From Glaucostegus cemiculus (Eukaryota): a stretch of 64,000 nt of DNA. The DNA lies in assembly GCA_976551045.1 (NCBI GenBank), contig CDPCPM010000430.1:62001-126000 (forward strand), given 5' to 3'. The translations under genes were made by a program, and so were the position numbers. Within the stretch, counting starts at the first letter, position 1; the number at the start of each line of letters is the position of its first letter. Below are positions 1 through 13,504 of the stretch, one piece after another. The notes under the pieces were generated by a model. That model was not told the origin of the DNA. It saw only the letters and a list, made by a program, of their open reading frames with translations, and did no database searches.

Positions 1-299
1 AACTCGTCCATATCGACAGTGGTGCCTATCTTCACTAATCCTATTTGCCTGCATTAAGCCAGTGTCTCTCTACTCCTTTCCTGTCTGACAACATGACCAG
101 ATAGAATCTTCCTTCCGAACTGCTGACCATTGGGGTCTTCTATTTGCACTGACTCTTAAGGTTCTTCTCTGCCTTGTGTTCCTCTGCTTCCTCTTGGTGG
201 ACAACTTTTGGCATAAGCATGCCTAAAGTACCTTGTATGGTCCTCGCGCTGGAGACTGGAGGTTCAACATGTCACTGAACACGTTAACAAACTAATACG

Positions 300-2700
300 T
301 ATGTACTGTTGAAAGTATCATGATCTGGAACACAGTTCGAATGCACAGAAATGTGAGAAATGGCAGAGCACAGTGGACTCAGCTCAATGCATCACGGGCA
401 CGTCTCTCCCCACCATCAAAAGTATCTACATGAGGTGCTGCCTCAAGAAGGTAGTATCTATCATGTAAGATCCCCGCTATCTGGGCTATGCCATATTTAC
501 AAAGATCATAGAACATTAGAGTACAGTACAGGCCCTTTGGCCCACGATATTGTGCCGACATTTTATCCTGCTCTAATATCTATCTAACCCTTTTCTCCCA
601 CATAGCCCTACCATTTCTCTATCATTCATGTGGCTATCTAAGAGTTTCTTAAATGTCCCTAATGAATCTGCCCCATAACCTCTGCCGGTAGTGCATTTCA
701 CGCACCCACCACTCTCTGTATAAAAAAAATTACCTCTGACATCCCCCTTAGACCTTCCTCTAATCACCTTAAAATTATGCCCCCTCGTATTAGTGATTTT
801 TCACCCTGTGAAAAAGTCCACCTGATCTATGCCTCATCATCTTGTACACCTCTATCAAGTCACCTCTCATTCTCCTTCTCTCCAAAGAGAAAAGCCCTGG
901 CTCACTCTATAGACAATAGGAGCAGAAGTAGACCATTTGGCCCTTCGAGTCTGGTCCGACATTTTGAGATCATGGCTGATCCTCAACCCTCAATATCCCG
1001 TTCCTGCCTTGTCCCCATATCCCTTGATTCCCCTATCTATAAGAAACCTATCTAGCTCCTTCTTGAAAGTGCCCAGAGAATTGGCCTCCACTGCCCTCTG
1101 AGGCAGTGCGTTCCACAATCTCACAACCCTTTGAGAAGAAGAAGGATACTCCACCTATCCTCGTGAGACATGCTCTCCGATCCAGGCAGCATCCTGGTAA
1201 ATCTCCTCTGCACCCTTTCTAAAGCTTCCAGATCCTTTCTATAATGTTGTGACCAGAACTGAACACAATGCTACAAGTGTGGTCTAACCAGAGTTCTATA
1301 GGGCTGCAATGTTACCTCGTGGCTCTTGAACTCAATACCTCAACTAATGAAGGCCAACACTCCATACGCCTTCTTACCAACCCTATCAACCTGTGCAGCA
1401 ACCTTGAGGGATCTATGGATGTGGACCCCAAGATCCCTCTGTTCCTCCACACTGCTAAGAGTCCTGCCATTAATTTTGTATTCTGCCTTCAAATTTAATC
1501 TGAAGTGTATCACTTCACATTTTTCCAGGTCGAACTCCATCTGCCACTTGTCAGACCAGGTCTGCATTCTATTTGTAATTCTGTTGTAATCTACAGCAAC
1601 CTTCTACACTATCCACAACACCACCAACCTTTGTATCATCAACAAGCTTACTAATCCACCCTTCTACATCCTCATCCAAGTCATTTATAAAAATCACAAA
1701 GAGCAGGGGTCCCAGAATGGATCCATGCAGAACACCACTGGTCACTGACCTCCAGGCAAAATACGCCCCATCTACCACCACCCTCTGTCTTCTATGGGTG
1801 AGCCAATTCTGAATCCACACAGCCAAGTTTTCCTGGATCCCATGCCTCTTGACTTTCTGAATAAGCCTTCCATGAGGAACCTTATCAAATGCCTTACTAA
1901 AATCCATATACATCACATTCACTGCTCTACCTTCATCAGTGTGCTTTGTCACATCCTCAAAGAATTCAGTCAGGCTTGTGAGGTACGACCTACCCCTCAC
2001 AAAGCCATGCTGACTGTCCCTAATCAGCCTGTACTTCTCCAAATACCCATAAATCCTCTCTCTAAGAATCTTTTCCAGTAAGTTGCCCACCACTGAAGTA
2101 AGACTCACTGGTCTGGAATTTGTAGGGTTATCCCTACTCCCTTTCTTAAACAAAGGAACAACATTTGCCACCCTCCAATCCTGTGGCACTACTCCTGTGG
2201 TCAGTGAAAGCGCAAAGATCATCGCCAAAGGTGCAGCAATCTCTTCCCTCGCTTCCCGTAATAACCTTGAATGTATCCTGTCTGGCCTCGGTGACTTATC
2301 TTTCCTAATGTTTTTCAAAAGTTCCAGCACATCCTCTTTCCTCACATCGACATGCCCTAGTGTATCAGCCTGTCGTATGCCATGTTCTTGCAGGAAGTAC
2401 AGAGCCTAAAGTCCCAAAACACCAGGTTCAAGAACAGCTATTTCCCTTCAGCTATTCAGTTCTTGAACAACCTGCACAACCCTAATCACTATCTAAGTGT
2501 AGCAACACTATGACCACTTTGCACTAAAATAGATTTTTTGTTCTAATTGTGTTCTTTCATGTATAATTTTATAAAATTTGTTTTATTAGTGAATGCTGTT
2601 TTTCTAATGCTATGTGTCTGTGATGTTGCAGCAAATAAATTTTTTGTTACATCTGTGCATACATGAACTTGTGTATATGACAATAAACTCTCTCTGACTT
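300..2700 (+). mobile_element. Rex1/Babar-type LINE 3' relic split by a CR1 insertion (host parts about 300-494 and 2376-2700)
   Basis: Degenerate RT C-terminal sequence continues across the insert; tatgccat duplicated at 487-494 and 2376-2383; tail gacaataaac. Confidence 0.7.
495..2375 (-). mobile_element. CR1 LINE, 5'-truncated, containing a second CR1 3' end at about 908-1147
   Basis: ORFs 1569..2345 (YMDFSKAFDKVPH, GSILGPLLF), 1340..1567 and 573..767 are CR1 ORF2 RT pieces. Confidence 0.92.
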
Positions 2701-4505
2701 GACTTGTTGTAATGGATTGAGAAGCCAAATTGGGCGTAACTCTTCCCCAGTATCTATGCATCAGGGTAGTGTGATCACTGAAAGATGCTATGCAGATGTA
2801 GCATCTATAGAAGGTTGCCATATGAGCTCCTAGGGTATCTGCCATTGATCATTTGAAAGTTCCTTTGGCCAGCCACTGCCTGAACATTGAATAAGTGGAA
2901 GTCCTTGTGATTCACTATGAGTCCAAAGTACACTTAGTGAGGATCTGAAGCTTGGAAGCTAGCAATGCTTACAATCCTTTGATCATGCCTGTGGTCCCAT
3001 TCCAATGCTCAATTTCCAAGTCTTCCTGTAAAAATGGCAGAAGACCTGTGCAATCCTCCATTCAGAGTACTTTCCATGTGCTGAAATGTCAGTGGTGAAC
3101 CGTCAAAGCTCCTGTTAAATGGGAGTGGATTTTAACTTTGCAGTCTGACTCCAGAGGGCCATGTGGAAGACTGCACGTGTTTCAAGTGAAAATATGAACG
3201 ATCCTTTAAACCTTGCAACTACAGATCAAATAGTGTCATGAAAAATGTTTCATTTTTGAGTGAATGACATGTGTGTTTTTGAATTTTGACCAACTTTTAT
3301 CCAGATTCTGGAAAACTGCACAGTATTTAACAACAATTGGTGTGCCATCCGTGCTAGAGTTGCATTTCCTGTGTAAGTGGGCCTGCTCTGAAAATGTCAA
3401 GTTGAATTTCTGAAGTGACAGGTGATGATCGAGAAATAGTTGTTCTCATATTTCATTCCAGGAATTTTTTTTAATTACTGAAAAAGAAACAAGATGTAGT
3501 TAAACTTTTAGACCTTTTTCCCCATAAATCTCTTGGCTAGAACTGACTGATTGAGGCACAGCCTCACAGACCTTCAGCAGACAATTTATGACTAGATTCA
3601 AAGAATGTGGCAAAATGCTTCATGCTCTTCTGGGAGAAAAAACCTCCATCTGTGAACAGACACAGTAAGATACTACAGAGCACATTATGGAACCACTATC
3701 TGGAGACTGCTCTTGCATGTTTTGTCTTTAATTTTCTGGCCAAATCATTAGTGACATCTTATGGGGTATTGATATTTGTTCTAATGACAGGTATAAAGTA
3801 TCTGAACTGCTGCATGGCATTTTCTCTGGACTCTCAATCTTGAGGTGGTGGGGGGGTGGGGGGTGGAAGAATAAATGTTTATAATGCAATCTAATACTGT
3901 GGCTTTGAGTTTGGATATAAATCATAAGATGTATGATAGATCATTAACTACTTTTCAGATGTAACCTCTGATAGGCAGATTTTTTTTGTCTATTATGAAG
4001 AGTTTTAATATGTTTCCTTGATGGCAGTATCACACAGCTAAACTTGGGTAAAATATATGTGGCCCCTGGCCAGTAATTACCATCCTTGTTAGCTGAGAGG
4101 TACAACAGACATGTAATGCTGCATAATTGGAAGTAGTCCAGTTGGTTTCTTCCACTCTTGCAGCAGAAATTTTACAGATGGATGCCTTTCTGTAGCATGC
4201 CAGAAAACCCACCTTAACTGCATTTCTGTAATGAAACCTCCAAGAATCTATTACTTTAAAAGTGAATATTTGGTACTATCGTCTCCAGATAGGTAAGGCA
4301 AACATCAGATAAGAGGAGTGTAAACACTTTTCCAGAAGAAAAATTGAGATAAATCTTCTGTTCTGTGGTAAGCCTGACTTGGGGCATCCTTTATACTAAA
4401 CACGAAAAGATCATGTTTTGCTCTTTGAGCTGAAAGAAACGCTGATAATGAAAAAGAAATTTTAAAATGCTGTTCTGATATTCTGTTTTCTGATTTTTCT
4501 TTCAG

Positions 4506-4641
4506 CTATGGAGGAATGTTAAGTGCGTACATAAGAATTAAGTATCCTCATATTGTGGAAGGTGCTCTGGCATCAAGTGCACCTGTGGTGTCCGCTGCTA
4601 ATATTGGAGATAGCAGGCAGTTTTTTCATGACGTGACTAAA
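4506..4641 (+). CDS. DPP7: Dipeptidyl peptidase 2/7 (S28 family) exon carrying the nucleophile motif; upstream exons lie outside the window
   Basis: ttcag|C TAT GGA...ACT AAA|gtgagt; (S)[45 protein letters not shown] matches the DPP7 GGSYGGML region; catalytic Ser codon is split by the upstream intron. Confidence 0.95.
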
Positions 4642-4924
4642 GTGAGTATGTGCAGATAAGTTTGTGTTCCTTTCTTACTGTTCTGTGATATTTTGAAAGC
4701 CTATTTGTTGCAGAAATCTAGACTGATTTTTTAATACAGTCACAACTCTCTGTTAGGGGCCTATCAGCAAATTTAAAAATTATCATTTTGTTATGATTTC
4801 ATTCAATGCTTCTCGTACATAAGATAATGAGCATAGCTCGTAAAGAAATCATGACATCGCAATGGAACAGAGCCCTCTAATGGCAATTCTGTCAATTTAG
4901 AATTAAATCAGATTATATAGCAAG

Positions 4925-5030
4925 AGTAACAAACAGATTGCTGGAGGAACTCTGGGTCGAGCAACATCTGTGGTGGTGGTGGTGGGGGAATGAATTGTCA
5001 ATATTTTAGGTCAAAACCCTGCATGAGATG
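4925..5030 (-). mobile_element. Penelope-like terminal repeat relic
   Basis: tgctggaggaactc...catctgtgg motif shared with copies near 38960, 44140 and 62945; decayed hammerhead at about 4995-5027. Confidence 0.6.
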
Positions 5031-5035
5031 GCAAA

Positions 5036-5320
5036 GGGCAGTGCTATGCATGGTAGTGTAACGTTTAGTGTAATGCCAGAGACCAGGGTTCAATTTTCGC
5101 TACTGTCTGTAATGAGTTTGTACGTTCTCCCCATGTCTGCACGGGTTTCCTCTGGATGCACTGGTTTCCTCCCACATTCCAAATATGTATGGGTTAGGAA
5201 GTTGCGGGCATGCTATGTTGGTGCGAGAAGCATGGTGACATTTGCGCGCTGTCCCCAGAACACATTACACAAAAGATGTATTTCACTGTGTTTTGATGTA
5301 CCAGTGACTAATAAAGATAT
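5036..5320 (+). mobile_element. tRNA-derived V-SINE (HE1-like core)
   Basis: ccagggttcaatt B-box-like head and V-domain gagtttgtacgttctccccatgtctgcacgggtttcc. Confidence 0.8.
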
Positions 5321-5789
5321 TTTAGATTGTTCTTGACTGGAGCTTATAATCTTTAAGGACAATGTAAATACAGTTTTTATTTTGCTTATTAAAAAACACA
5401 CATTGGAGATATTTTTGATTTTCCTATGATTTTAACAAAAATGGAAAATAGAGTCCAAATAAGTAAATTTGGATTTAGTTGTATAATGTATCAACAAAAC
5501 AGAAACCTATGGAATGTGAGCAAGGAGCTAATATAGTGGCAGCCTACTTTTGTTCATATGCTGTCAAAGTCCTCAACAGCATTTCCAAAGCTACTATTTT
5601 TATTTGTACTGTAGAAAAATATATTGATCTTATTTGTGAATGTATTGGGTTCTAGGCAAAGTGTTGCGATATTGGTACTCTATGACATTGTGGTTGAAGT
5701 AGGGACCTATGTAAGGGGAGGCTTGATGGAAAACTGAGTGGAGCGACAGTAGTATAATTGCAGCAGAGGTAAGAAGGATAATTAGAATG

Positions 5790-6590
5790 AGAGAAAACTC
5801 AGAATTATGGAAGATTTACGACACAGAATGAGATCAATCTCCCCATCACGTCCATGTCAGACTCCAACTCCCAATACTGCAGGTTACAGGTCTTCAAATG
5901 CACTTCCAATTTCTTCTAGTGTAGTGAGAGTTTCTGCCTCTACTGTCTGTTCAAGCAATGAGTTCCAGCCATCCTCTAGATGAAAACATTTTACATCACC
6001 TCTCTAATTCTTCTTCCAGTTACTTTAAACTTGTTCCCCTTGCTGTTGAAGTCTCTGCTGAGGGAAATAAGTCCTTTCTAATTGCTGATCTGGCCAATAA
6101 TTCACACACCAAGACAAACTAATTTTTACTTGTGGCTAATTTTTTCTTTCAGCTTTGGCAGTATTATTGTTATTCTTCTCTGTACCTCCATTTGTACAAC
6201 CAGGTCTTTCTTGTAATGCAGCACTCATGGTGAGACCTGACTGGTTTTGTATACAGGTCTAACCTCCCTGTTCTTGAATTCTATGCCTTGACTAGTAAAG
6301 AAATGTTTGCTTTGTGCCTTTTTCCCACATTATCAATATGCCTTCCTACTCCAAGGTTTATCTGTTCCTCCACACATCTCGGCATCCTCTGATTTATTGT
6401 GTATTCCCTTCCCTGGTTGCACTTCCCCATGTTACATCACATTTCTCCAGATTGAATTTTACCTGTTATTTTTCTACCCCACTGACTTGATATCTTCCTG
6501 GAGTCTCAAGGTTGCTTCCTCAGTGGTCTGATTTTGCATCTGTAAACTTTTTATAGTGCCCCATAAAGTTAAGTCTAAATCATTAAATAT
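5790..6590 (-). mobile_element. Old CR1 relic
   Basis: Degenerate reverse-complement of the CR1 3' region; no open frame. Confidence 0.6.
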
Positions 6591-8504
6591 GATTTAGTGA
6601 TGTAAACTTATTCTTTCATTTCTATGCTGTCAAGTCTGTAATTCAACACTATTTTGAAATCTTGCCGAGAAATTAGGGCAGAATCGTGTTGGATCCGGAT
6701 GACTGTCCAGATTTGGTACCTGCAATCCCCACCTATACATAACAGATGAGTGGGGAGCTATCTCATTAATCCTTTGCCATCCAACTTCTGGATACAAGGC
6801 ATATTGAGGCAATGCATATAGGCCATAGATGATGTGGTCTTGAAGTCCTGTTTTCAGAGTGGCCTGTAAGGCATTGACAGAGTATAAAGCTTTTCATGCA
6901 AGGCTTTGGGCTGGTTTCAAAACCTGAGAGCCTTTTCTGTTACAGCTTCAAATTGTCTCTGATTTTCAGAGATATTTAGAAAAACTATTAAAGATAACAT
7001 GATTTTTTTTACATATTTTAAATATTAAGTAAAGGGAAGCCAGCTGAAAACTGAAATACTTGCAAATCAAATCAAAAACATTAAAGTAACCAAAAATAAA
7101 TCACTGGTTGCACCTGTATCCTGGTGAAGGACTTGAAATTTAGTGGAGCTTATTCCAAATTTCAGAAGAAATCAATTTTTGACATTGATTACTCAGAAAT
7201 ACTTTAGATAACAAATTAACTTGTCAAAGTTAGAGAATGCAATCAAGCCAGAATGATCAAAAGAAATCGGAAAATAAGACAAATTGCTTCAAATTTGCAC
7301 TATTTTTTTCACTATTTAAATGATTATTCATTTCGATTTCACAATCCCCTAAGTTAATGAAATATCACATTGCAGTGTTTTGTGAATTAAGCCTGCTTTG
7401 TGTTTAAATATCTACACTTGCAGCCTTCTACCAGTTTATTATATTACCAATATTTGGTTAGATTGCAAGCACACTATTTTAAAAAGCATCCACTATTATA
7501 TGAAAAGAATTGTTGATCAATGTAGATGATCCTAAGGGGATTTTTCTTAATCTTTTTCCATTGTCTTCTGGGGTTTTGTATTGTAACCTAAAGGAAGTAG
7601 GGTTCTTACATTGTCATGTCAGAATCCAGAATTTCCTTCCAGCAGTGAGCTGCCCATGCTCAGCACGGATGTACAGGACAAAGTACAAGCTTACTTTTTG
7701 TAGCTCCCTTGTATCAGTACTGCTAAGTGCTAACCCATTCTTGAGTGGTGGAGCCCTGCATGGGAGTGAGACTTTGCTCGCTTCAAAGCCATGATGTGAG
7801 GGTGGGGGAAGCTTAACAAACCTGTGGCAATGAAACAACAAAATCTGTCAAATGGGTAACTCCACTGCTTCTTAGCTTAGTATAGTCAGGAACTTTAAAT
7901 GATTTTCTGAATGCCCTGATCAAGGAAAAATAGTTCAGAATGATTACTTTTCTAAATGTAAACCAAAATTGGAGCTCTCAAAACACTTAAGAACAAATGC
8001 AAATATATAATTAAATAATTAATAAGATGTAAATTGGCTATGACCTGGTGCCAGATTTATCTAGCAGGATACTGGAGAATTATTGCAACTTTGCACTTAA
8101 CAGTGTAACTCAGTGGGTCTGCAAGTCCGGGTCTTACACATTCACGCAGGAATCCTGATCTACGTGGTACATGTGCATGGAAATCATGGCAATTCTGCAT
8201 GTAACTGATGGCATTTTCCTTTAAGAAACTTGCCTTTTTTGTTAAGAATCATCATTATTAGAAAAATTGTAGTTTTTATTTCAATATTGTTTTACTCATT
8301 CACACTCATTGGTGATGCCTCTGGGTAAGAAATCTAGAAATTTGATCTTCACTCAGGGAATTCTGCACAAGCCCCAGGTTGGATCTTTCGATAAGATCAT
8401 AAAACAATATCTTAGTTGCCTTATAAAATACTCCTTGTCATTAGTAGATGAGCAGGTTATTTTTCTGGAATATTCACCAACATTCATGCCTTAACCATTG
8501 CCCA

Positions 8505-9368
8505 GTGTTGAAGCTTGCTGAGGGATATCGCTAGGATGCAGAGTTGGGCAGACAATTGGCAGATGGAGTTCAATCCGGAGAAGTGTGAGATGGTACACTT
8601 TGTAAGGGCAAACTCCAAGGTGGAGTACAAGGTTAATGGCAGGATTCTGGGTAGTGTAGAGAAGCAGATGGATCTGGGGGTTCATAGCCACAGATCACTG
8701 AAAGTTGCCTCACAGGTGGATAGGGTAGTTAAGAAAGCTGGTGGAATGTTAGCTTTCATAAGTTGTGGGATCCAATTTAAGAGCCGCAAGTTAATGATGC
8801 AGCTCTACCAAAACTCTGGTTAGACTACACTTAGAGTACTGTGTCCAGTTCTGGTCGCCTCATAGGAAGGATGTGGAAGCATTGGAAAGGGTACAGAGAA
8901 GATTTACCAGGATGCTGGCTGGATTGGAGAGTATGGATAATAAGGAAAGACTAAGGGAGCTAGGGCTTTACTCTTTGGAGAGAAGAAGGATGAGGGGAGA
9001 CATAATAGAGGTATAAAAAATATTAAGAGGAGTAGATAGAGTGGGCAGCCAGCGCCTCTTTCCCATGGCACCAATCCTCAATACAAGAGGGCATGGCTTT
9101 AAAGTAATGGGTGGGAAGTTCAAGGGAGATATCAGAGGGAGGTTTTTCACCCAGAGAGTGGTTGGTGCATGGAATGTGCTGCCTGGGGTAGTGGTGGAGG
9201 CAGATATGTTGGTCAAGTTCAAGAGACTGTTAGATAAATATATGGAGGAATTTAAAATAGGGGGATATGTGGGAGGAAGGGGTTAGATAGTCTTAGGTGT
9301 GGTTTGAAGGTCGGCATGACATTGTGGGCCAAAGGGCCTATATTGTGCTGTATTGTTCTATGGTTCTA
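8505..9368 (+). mobile_element. CR1 LINE 3' part
   Basis: ORFs 8515..8823 (WQMEFNPEKC) and 9041..9286 (FFTQRVVGAWN); tail tgttctatggttcta. Confidence 0.92.
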
Positions 9369-9594
9369 AAGGCTGATTAACTGGTCAGTTATTCAGTTCT
9401 GTTTTGTGGGATCTTGCTGTTCATATTTTACTGTGCATTTACACACAAAATAACCATAACTGTCTTTAAAATTTCTGTTGTACTTTTGGGAGGGCTTAAA
9501 AATATGTTGCTATTCCTTTTAAATTAATGACTTGGTTTTTTGAATGTGCTATAACTCCGACATGCATTATATAATTTAAATTATCTTTCATCAG

Positions 9595-9676
9595 GATTTT
9601 GAGCGTAATTCACCCGATTGCGTTTCAAAAATCCGAGAAGCTTTCCAGGAGCTGGAAAAGTATGCACAGCAACAAG
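9595..9676 (+). CDS. DPP7: DPP7 exon
   Basis: tcag|GAT TTT...CAA G|gtatgg; DFERNSPDCVSKIREAFQELEKYAQQQ; phase 0 to 1. Confidence 0.9.
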
Positions 9677-10427
9677 GTATGGGACGGTTGGTCAAAAAAT
9701 TTCATGTGTGCCTGAAACACAAGATAAATAATTTAAGACTTTTGGTCTACTTTCAGTTTTAAATATCACAGTAACGTGCAGGAACTAACAAGCATTTTGT
9801 AGCTAAATGCTATTTGGGGAAATATCTCAAGTGGGCTTCCTATGTATGCCAGAATATGAAGGGTACTTGTGTGTCCTGGTGCCAAATGATTACACTCTTG
9901 GAAGGAAGAATTTCAATGCTTTTATTCAGAAACGCAAAGCAAGAACAATCTGTTACTTTAGCAGGAAATTCAAACTTTGGAAAGTAATTTTCTAAGTTTT
10001 TCACTAAGACTGCAGTAACCTGACAGACTTTTCAGTAAAAGCTGGGAGAGCCCTCCACTATTATTCAAATGACTTCTCTCTGGAAAATTAATCTAATTCA
10101 GGTTTGCGGAAGGTAATGAGATAGAATAAAGTTACTCTGCCTTTTTATTCCACACGATGAATATACTGTACAACATATTTACAAAACTCTTATATACTTA
10201 CCCTAATAATTCTACATTGATATGTATTTTTCTTTTGCTGGACTGCATTTACAGTCTATCTCCAACTTGCAAACTTGAGTCATAGACTTGTCTGTTGCTT
10301 GCATTTTCTGCATGGAATAGTATTCTAGTAATAGGATGAGTAATAAAGACATCTGTAGTAATAGAATGTGCCCTGAGGAAGTCAAGTGTCCAATTTATTT
10401 TCTGTCCTCTAAATACCTGTTTTATAG

Positions 10428-10594
10428 CGTGGAACAAAATTGGCAGTAAACTATCTCTGTGTAAGCCGTTGAAATCCAGAAAGGAAGTTGATCATCTGTA
10501 TGGATGGGCACGAAATGCTTTTACATACTTAGCAATGTTTAACTACCCATACAAGACAGAAATGGGTTTACACTTCCCAGCAAACCCAGTGGAT
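10428..10594 (+). CDS. DPP7: DPP7 exon
   Basis: tttatag|CG TGG...GAT|gtaagt; AWNKIGSKLSLCKPL...ARNAFTYLAMFNYPYKTEMGLHFPANPVD. Confidence 0.93.
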
Positions 10595-10865
10595 GTAAGT
10601 ATTCTAGCTTTCCTGCACAATGACTTTTTTGAAGAATACATTAAGTAATTATACTAAGGCTTATGTGTGTGTTCTTCCTCAGTATGTTATTATCTTCATT
10701 AACTGTAATTTTTATGGATATATTTGCACTATAATATACTTCTTCTGCACAACTCCCTAAGGCTAATTATCCAATTAAAACTTTTACATGTAAAAAATTA
10801 TAAATTCATGTGTGTGTAAACATATAGATATGCACATATATTAATGTGACTGTTAATTTCCTAAG

Positions 10866-10926
10866 GTTGCATGCCATTATATTCTGAGGAAGAGTGATCA
10901 TATTGGAGGCTTACTATCTATATTAG
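10866..10926 (+). CDS. DPP7: DPP7 exon
   Basis: ctaag|GTT GCA TGC...TTA G|gtaagt; VACHYILRKSDHIGGLLSILG; phase 0 to 1. Confidence 0.88.
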
Positions 10927-12269
10927 GTAAGTATGCAGTAAAATATGCAGAAAAATTATATGAACAGGGAATCAAGTGGGAGGTTGATATCCTCATAGTT
11001 CAATTGTTAGAGTTTATTAAGACACAGAGCTGATATAGGAAATTAGTTCCCTTTTCAAAGGGAAAAAAATCAGCATATAATTGTCATATTTACAACAATA
11101 TGTAGTAATCTTTATTGCTCTTGGGTTACATGCACATTTTACATTTATGATTGTTGATATCTGTTTTTTTGAGAGATTAGGGATAATAATAACTGGAACT
11201 GAACTAAACCCATCTGTTATCTTCTTGCATGTCTGTTCTGAAGTTTTTTCTTAATTCCTCCTGTGGCACAGCAAAGGTCTCCAGCAACTTAAATATTTGT
11301 TGACTGCCACTTTCATTTATGTATATGTTTATGTTTAATTATTTCAGGGACTGCAGGAGTACACTCTACCCAGTGTAGTGTTATTTAACGCCCATCCCCA
11401 GGTGCTCTTGAATAGAGGTTATACCTTGAATTGTTGCAGTCCTTGTGAGTGAGGTGCTTCACACATTGGTATTAGGAAATTGCAGGATTTTCAACAAGCG
11501 ACAATGAAGGAATGGTAATTTATTTTCAGGTCAGGATGCTCTGTAACTTGCAAGTTGATTTGCTCCTGCTACCCTTACCAGTCCCAGTGATAGAAACAAT
11601 TAGTGTGTCATAGAAGCATTTGGCAATTGCTGCAACACATTTTATATGTTCTGCTGTAGGCATGGTGGATGCTAGGGTGCTAATCAGAACAATTGGTTTG
11701 TTCTGAATGGTGTTGAACTGTGATAAGTATACCAGTTTGAAAAATAAATCTTATTTTTGCCTTGATCCTAGCTGGAATAATATTGGAATTGAGAAAATGT
11801 TTTTAATAATACTGAGTTGTCAGGGTATCACTTTAATAGATTTGTCCTTAATAAGATTAAAGTCAACTGTTGTATGGATTTCTTACATATTGACCTGGAA
11901 TTTCTAGTGCATCCTGGATATTCCAATACACTCTAACAACAATGTTGGTTGGACCAAGCAGCAGAGGCCCAGTGACCATTTTGATGGGTCACCCCATGCT
12001 GCTAGTTTTACCTGCAAGTGAGATTGAAAATAAGCTGCCTGGTACTACGTTCTGAGGCTGGGTTCAGGATGGATAGCTGCCACAGGCCCAACTAAACTTG
12101 TACTGTGGCTGGGGGAGAGGGGCATCAGAGTCTGGCACAGCAATGTATGGTTAGGGAGTTGGGGGAAGTGCTGGCAGATTGGAGGAGGCTTTGTGGTGAG
12201 GTCAGTAGGGTGTAAATGCAGTGAAGGAGTAAACAGCTCAGCATTAGGACCAATACTTTAAAAAAAACA

Positions 12270-13500
12270 TTATTTCTGAAACCTGGGCATCCCTGGCAGC
12301 ACCAGCATTTATTAAAATCCTTTAGAAGGTGGTGCTGTTAGCTTTCTTGAACCACCACAGTTTTTCTAATAAAAGTACGCCAGCAGTGCTGTTGAATAAT
12401 GAATTTCGTATTTAGACCCAGAACAATGAGAGACTGATGATGCATTTTTAAGTCAGCATGCTGTAACTTGCAGGAGAACCTGCAGTTGCTGGTGGCCTCA
12501 TGCGTCCACTCTTGACTTGTTGATGGTATGGGTTGCGGGCTTGGGAGGTGACATCAAAGTAGCCTGGATGAATAACTGCAGTGGACTTTGTAAATGGTAC
12601 ACACCACAGTTACAGTCAGTGATGGAAAAATAACTGTTCAGCACTGTTTGATAGCATGCCATTCAAGTGGGTTGTTCTGTACTGGATGATTCTGAGCTTC
12701 TTGAGTGCTGTTTGAACTCCACTGATCCAGCCAAGTGGCGAGTATCCATCATACTCCTAACATGAGCATTGTAGATGGTGATAAAGCCTTGGGAGTATCA
12801 GGAGATGAGTTAGTCACCACTGTCCTCTTTCCCTGACCGGCCATTCTAGCCACAGTATTTATGTGGCTGGTTCTTTTGAGGTTCTGATTGATGATAACCA
12901 TCAGGATGTTAATGGTGAGGGACACAGCAATGATGAATGCCATTGAATGTTAAGGGTAGGTAGTTACACTCTCTCTTGTTGGGGGTAGTCATTGGGTGAC
13001 AGATTTTACATACCACTAACCATGCTGGAATATTGTTTAGGTCTTGTTAAATGGTTCGGTCTGTGACAACTATCTGCCCTGAGGAACTGCTGTAGTGATG
13101 TCTTGGGACCAGGATGATTGACCTCTGGCAAACACAACCATCGTCCTTTTTGCAAGATATGGCATCAATGTCCATTGATGTCTGTTTTACCAGGGCACCT
13201 TGACATTGCATTTGGTCAAATGTTGCCTTGATGTCGAGGGCAGTCCCTGCCATCTCACGTCTTGAATCTAGCTCTTTGTGCCACGATTGCCCCAAAGCTA
13301 TGATGAGGTCTGGCACCAGTGATACTGGGTGAACACCAAAATGAGCATTTGTGGATTAGTTATTAGCAAGTCCTACTTGGTAGCACTGTCACCTTCAGAT
13401 TCCATCAATTTGGTTGAGATTAGATTGATTTGATGGCAATTAACTGGATTGGATTTGTCTAGCTTTTTGTGAACAAGTCATATCTGAGCAATTTTCCATA
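12270..13500 (-). mobile_element. Old non-LTR retrotransposon relic distinct from the CR1 copies (related fragment at about 11400-11720)
   Basis: ORF 13047..13316 PDLIIALGQSWHKELD...ALDIKATFD is a decayed RT motif of the LDxxxAFD type. Confidence 0.6.
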
Positions 13501-13504
13501 TTGG

